Source of the DNA: Desulfatiglandales bacterium
GTDB taxonomy: Bacteria > Desulfobacterota > DSM-4660 > Desulfatiglandales > HGW-15
Direction: 5' to 3'
Assembly: GCA_963667015.2 (NCBI GenBank)
Contig: CAXXJJ010000001.1
Span: forward strand, 1,312,001-1,376,000
DNA: 64,000 nucleotides
The position numbers were made by a program, and so were the translations under genes. Numbering within the stretch: the stretch's first letter is position 1; each line of letters starts with the position of its first letter. Of this stretch, positions 60,189 through 64,000 are shown piece after piece. Below the pieces are notes generated by a model. The model was not told the origin of the DNA. It was given only the letters and a program-made list of their open reading frames with translations, and made no database searches.

Positions 60189-61436
60189 CTAGATTTTTCC
60201 TCTCAGGCTGTAGAGCGGCTCAAGGAGCCATTCAAACAGGGTGCGCTTATCAAGAACAACATCAGCGGAAAGCATCATCCCGGGTTTTAAAGGCAGCTCT
60301 TTTCCATAGGCTAAAATATTCTGTTTTTCCAGTTCCGCTACGACTTTATAAACCGGTTCCTGAAATGATAATCCCGAAGTGGGTTCCCCGGGCATAATAA
60401 CGCTTTTGGCAATCTGGTGTATTTTCCCTGTATAGGTGCCGAATTTTTGGTAAGGGAATGCTTCATAGCTTATATTTACCTCCTGGCCCATATCCATGAA
60501 ACCTATCGAACGAGTCGGGAGATACAGATTGGCCTGAAGCTGCGACCCTTCAGGTATTATGGAAAACATGGGTGCAGATGGATTCATCCTTTGTCCCACA
60601 TTTGCCACAACCGATGTAATTCTGCCGGAAACAGGCGCTGTAAAAATAATTTCTCTTTGGCCTTCTACCTGCGCCCTCTGTTTTGTGATTTCAGATACCT
60701 GGCTTTCTATACTTACGATCTCACGCTCGCTGTTGATTTTTAATGCCTTTATATGAAGGGGTATATTCTCAAGGCTTGAGGCGGCCTCTTCCAATCTCAT
60801 CGAAAGCGACTGATATTGCTGTTTTTGTTCAAGATATTTTCTGTAGAAAGTTTCAACATCCATGCTGGAAATAAACTCTTCCGAAAGCATTGTTTTTGCC
60901 TTTTCATAATTACGCTTTTCCATTCTCAGGGTCTCAGACTGGATATCTATTAATTCTTTCAGCCGTCCAATCTCGGTTTTTAATCGTCTGGCCTCGGCTT
61001 CCTGCGCCTGTATCTCTGTAACGACTCTTTCATTCTCGAATCTGAGTCTTTTTTTCAGGTTCGCCTCCTGGATCTTCAGCTCATCAATAATTTTTACCCC
61101 GGTATATTCACCGCCATTTGCCCGTTGATCGATCATTACGCTGAATAATTCATCATTCTGCTTCACAAACATCCCTTCTGTAACCTTGAGCTCAGACAGT
61201 ATCCCCGCCTGAGGCGGAAAGACCGACACCATGCCCTGCTGTGGAACGATAATTCCTGCGACCTTTTCTTTCCGGGCATAGCTGTGTGTTACTAAAAAGA
61301 AAATTACTATTATTGTAATTCCAACCAGAAAGGTTGCCAGCACATAGTAGGAGATTGGTTGTGTCAGGATGATATCACCGTATAATTTTTCCCGCTGGTG
61401 ATCTACTGCCTGTTTTCTGAATAATGGTAGTGTCAT
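60189..61436 (-). CDS. Membrane fusion protein (HlyD; CvaA/MchE/RaxA-like)
   Basis: LFRKQAV N-terminus, one TM segment, coiled coil, AFPYQKFG and LKPGM motifs. Confidence 0.93.
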   Translation of the reverse strand: MTLPLFRKQAVDHQREKLYGDIILTQPISYYVLATFLVGITIIVIFFLVTHSYARKEKVAGIIVPQQGMVSVFPPQAGILSELKVTEGMFVKQNDELFSVMIDQRANGGEYTGVKIIDELKIQEANLKKRLRFENERVVTEIQAQEAEARRLKTEIGRLKELIDIQSETLRMEKRNYEKAKTMLSEEFISSMDVETFYRKYLEQKQQYQSLSMRLEEAASSLENIPLHIKALKINSEREIVSIESQVSEITKQRAQVEGQREIIFTAPVSGRITSVVANVGQRMNPSAPMFSIIPEGSQLQANLYLPTRSIGFMDMGQEVNISYEAFPYQKFGTYTGKIHQIAKSVIMPGEPTSGLSFQEPVYKVVAELEKQNILAYGKELPLKPGMMLSADVVLDKRTLFEWLLEPLYSLRGKI

Positions 61437-61505
61437 TGGTTAATCCTTTTTAAAAAAATCTTGATACTTGATACTGGATCCTGGTTACTGGTGTATTTGA
61501 TTTTA

Positions 61506-61604
61506 ACCACGGAGTTCACGGAGAACGTCAAAAGCCTAAAACATATCTCTCGCTGAGCTCACAAAGAACACAGAGAAAGACAAAGGCTTTTTACAATTTA
61601 TTTT
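61506..61604. repeat. About 100-bp repeat; inverted partner at 63620-63729
   Basis: Its reverse complement aligns with 63620-63729 with scattered mismatches. Confidence 0.75.
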
Positions 61605-61736
61605 ATTTCTATTTAGCCAACAAGAGCGCGGAGTGCAAAACTTATAATAATTAAATCTCGGTGCCTTCTATATCCCTGGCTAGATTAGATAAGCAGAAAG
61701 TTTTACTGGTAACCAGTATCTGGTATCCTGCATCAC

Positions 61737-63374
61737 TCACTCATTCGGGACTATAGGTTCCAGCTCTACCTTTGCTGCCCCGAGTAATGTCCCGGTAGCA
61801 TAGGCTAGATCAACCATAGCTATCTGATATTCGGTAATAGCTACTATCTCCATTATCTGTGCTTCAGAAAGTTTTGTCTGAGCATCAAGAACATCTGTTG
61901 ATGAGGAGAAACCGAGCTCATACTGTTTTTTTTCTGTTTTATACTGCTGGTCTGCAAGGATGGTTGTCTGCATGGTAGCCTGTATTCTCTGCCAGTTGGC
62001 TTCCAGTTTATCAATCTGGTTCAGGACCTCATTTTCGATTTCTGTTTCTTTATTTTCTTTAGTTGCCAACCTTTGTGATCGTTCATATATTGCTCTTCTA
62101 TAAGTGCTCTTTGCAGCCTCATTAAACAACGGTATTGAAAACTGAAGACTGAAATTGTTATCATTATAGTCATTATCCAGTAACATATCATATAAGTTGT
62201 GTCTGTTATCTCCCAGTGCGTTAATTCTATAGTTATACCCTATGGTTAAGAGAGGGAGTTTTTGGTTTTTAAGGTAATCGATTGTGCTGCTGTCCTGGGC
62301 GAGTTGAAGTTCCAGTTCAAGGAGTTCCATACGGTTTTCAATAGCATTCTGTACCATCAGATCATTATTAAATTCATAGTGGATTGGTTCTGGTAGAGTT
62401 GAAGGTATTACAACTGTTTTTGTTCTCATGCCCAGGCCTTTTTTGTTCAGCACCCGTTTGAGAGATCTTTCGGTATCCCTGACATCATTCTCCGCCCTGA
62501 TTATGGCTTCAAGTTTTTCTGCCATACTTGTTTCTGTCCTTATAACCTCCACTTTGGACTTCAGGCCCAGTTCAACAAAACGTTTAGTCTGCTCAAATAA
62601 GGCTTTTGAAAGATCATACTGCTGCTTTCGGACTTTCAGTAATTCCCTGACAGCGAAGAGTTTCCAGTAGGCAATATCAACATTTGCAATAATACGTATG
62701 GCCTGAAGTTTTGTTCTTGTATCTATTATTTTACTGTTATATTGAGCCATGCGTATTCTATAGGTGTTTACATTTTTGCCAGCGTTTCTTAATAACGGCT
62801 GGCTGATCGATATACTGGTGGCACTAGAATATGATGGGTTTAATATTGACCACTCAGAATTAGATTTACTGCGGGAGTCAGCAATATTAAAATTGAGGGT
62901 TCCGCCTGTTCTCAGAGGCATATCAACGCCTATATTGGCTGTGTGCCGGTTAATGCTCGACCCATCAAGAAGTGAAGCCTGTGGTGTGTCAGTGTTATTG
63001 TATTCAATTCTACCTGAATAGATTGCTTCAAACTTTGCCTCTTCCTGATTTACTGCCTCTTTCGCAATTGAAGGATTAATTAATTGGACTCTAAGGTCCA
63101 GATTGTTTTCAAGGGTATATGCGCGACACTCTTCTAATGAAAGTGTAATCTCTTTAAGCGCAGATTCGGTTGTTTCAGCTTTGTCTTCCTTTTTTTGCTG
63201 AACTTTATTCAAATCTAATACATCAATCTGTCTGACAGTTACTTCCGGTACATTTAAAACAGGTGGAGCTTCGTAAAACTCTATTACTTTATGTATATAG
63301 GAACAACTGCTGCAAATGAATAATATAATTATCAAGAGTGGTAATAGATAACTTTTTACTGGTGACCTTAGCAA
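61737..63374 (-). CDS. TolC-family outer membrane efflux lipoprotein
   Basis: Lipobox-like signal, ISQPLL motif and two OEP helical repeats. Confidence 0.88.
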   Translation of the reverse strand: MLRSPVKSYLLPLLIIILFICSSCSYIHKVIEFYEAPPVLNVPEVTVRQIDVLDLNKVQQKKEDKAETTESALKEITLSLEECRAYTLENNLDLRVQLINPSIAKEAVNQEEAKFEAIYSGRIEYNNTDTPQASLLDGSSINRHTANIGVDMPLRTGGTLNFNIADSRSKSNSEWSILNPSYSSATSISISQPLLRNAGKNVNTYRIRMAQYNSKIIDTRTKLQAIRIIANVDIAYWKLFAVRELLKVRKQQYDLSKALFEQTKRFVELGLKSKVEVIRTETSMAEKLEAIIRAENDVRDTERSLKRVLNKKGLGMRTKTVVIPSTLPEPIHYEFNNDLMVQNAIENRMELLELELQLAQDSSTIDYLKNQKLPLLTIGYNYRINALGDNRHNLYDMLLDNDYNDNNFSLQFSIPLFNEAAKSTYRRAIYERSQRLATKENKETEIENEVLNQIDKLEANWQRIQATMQTTILADQQYKTEKKQYELGFSSSTDVLDAQTKLSEAQIMEIVAITEYQIAMVDLAYATGTLLGAAKVELEPIVPNE

Positions 63375-63619
63375 TTTGTGTTTCCTCTTATTCTAATAGG
63401 AGATGACAATGAAGAATAAAATCGTTTTATAAACCACTGAGAAAAATTGAACCGCAAAGACGCAAAGGACGCTAAGAAAACAATAAAATTGATTTGTTAA
63501 AATCAGAAAAAGTAAAAATTGGATTGCTGTATAATCTTTGTTGTTAAGTGATAGGAAAACAAAAATATTTATATTGCAAACTCCGTGGACTCAGTGTGTT
63601 CTTGTATGGTTAAAGTGAA

Positions 63620-63729
63620 AAAATAAATTGTAAAAAAGTCTTTGTCTTTCTCTGCGCTCTTTGCGGACTCTGCGAGAGACATGTTTTTAGGTTTTTGATT
63701 TTCTCCGTGTTCCCCGTGTACTCCGTGGT
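63620..63729. repeat. Inverted partner of 61506-61604
   Basis: AAAATAAATTGTAAAAAAGTCTTTGTCTTTCTCTG...CTCCGTGGT. Confidence 0.75.
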
Positions 63730-64000
63730 GAAAATACGCTTCTTGTCTGAAGGATTGCTAACCGCCGCGCATACTACCGCCATTTGGGTGAAAATAGCTT
63801 TTTTTCAAAAACTCTAACGACCCATTAAATAAAAAACACATTTTACCGGAGATTAGAAGGCTCAGATTCCTTGTTAAAAGGAGTTCCTTACCTGCTAGCA
63901 ATAGGACAGGGCTGATAGTGGTACTATGGTTTTAGCCTGTTCCTGCAGAATGTCGAGCAGAATTAATGCTCTTTCATTCCCTTTTAATTCTTTAAAGATA

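Noticed and set aside
63730..64000. Possible gene tail at the window edge
   Set aside because: No identifiable motif was found and context is insufficient.

Overview
The window appears to come from a sulfate-reducing or syntrophic Desulfobacterota (deltaproteobacterial) genome; this is inferred from gene content. It has three zones. (1) 1-17 kb: a sigma54-type, minus-strand energy-conservation operon: tusA-like, split hdrA N-half, nuoE, nuoF, nuoG-like::hdrA C-half, mvhD, fdhB/frhB-like, a selenocysteine HdrD-like protein, a double HdrA carrying an inserted response-regulator receiver domain, hdrC and hdrB. A divergent PAS-sigma54 activator, a hybrid histidine kinase and a single-domain response regulator follow. 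(2) 17-36 kb: mostly core genes: lytic transglycosylase, tRNA-Asn, hmcABCD without hmcEF, csp, RRM protein, methyltransferase, thioesterase, tRNA-Pro, class III cyclase plus MBL hydrolase, nitrilase-family enzyme, two GPH transporters and a DUF3857/transglutaminase protein. (3) 36.7-63.4 kb: a visibly AT-richer biosynthetic island whose biosynthetic genes are all on the minus strand. It couples a microcin-like double-glycine precursor and its C39-peptidase ABC/MFP/TolC exporter to a fully dissociated NRPS-like toolkit: an AMP ligase, two stand-alone carrier proteins with acidic C-terminal docking tails, two stand-alone condensation domains, a type II thioesterase, beta-lactamase-fold proteins with Cys at the nucleophile position, a methyltransferase and a sulfotransferase. 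The island is interrupted by three TA modules, a RAYT, nested IS elements and many palindromic repeats. The best candidates for undescribed biology are the RiPP/NRPS-like hybrid island and the receiver-domain HdrA complex. All calls come from reading motifs by eye; no database search was run.
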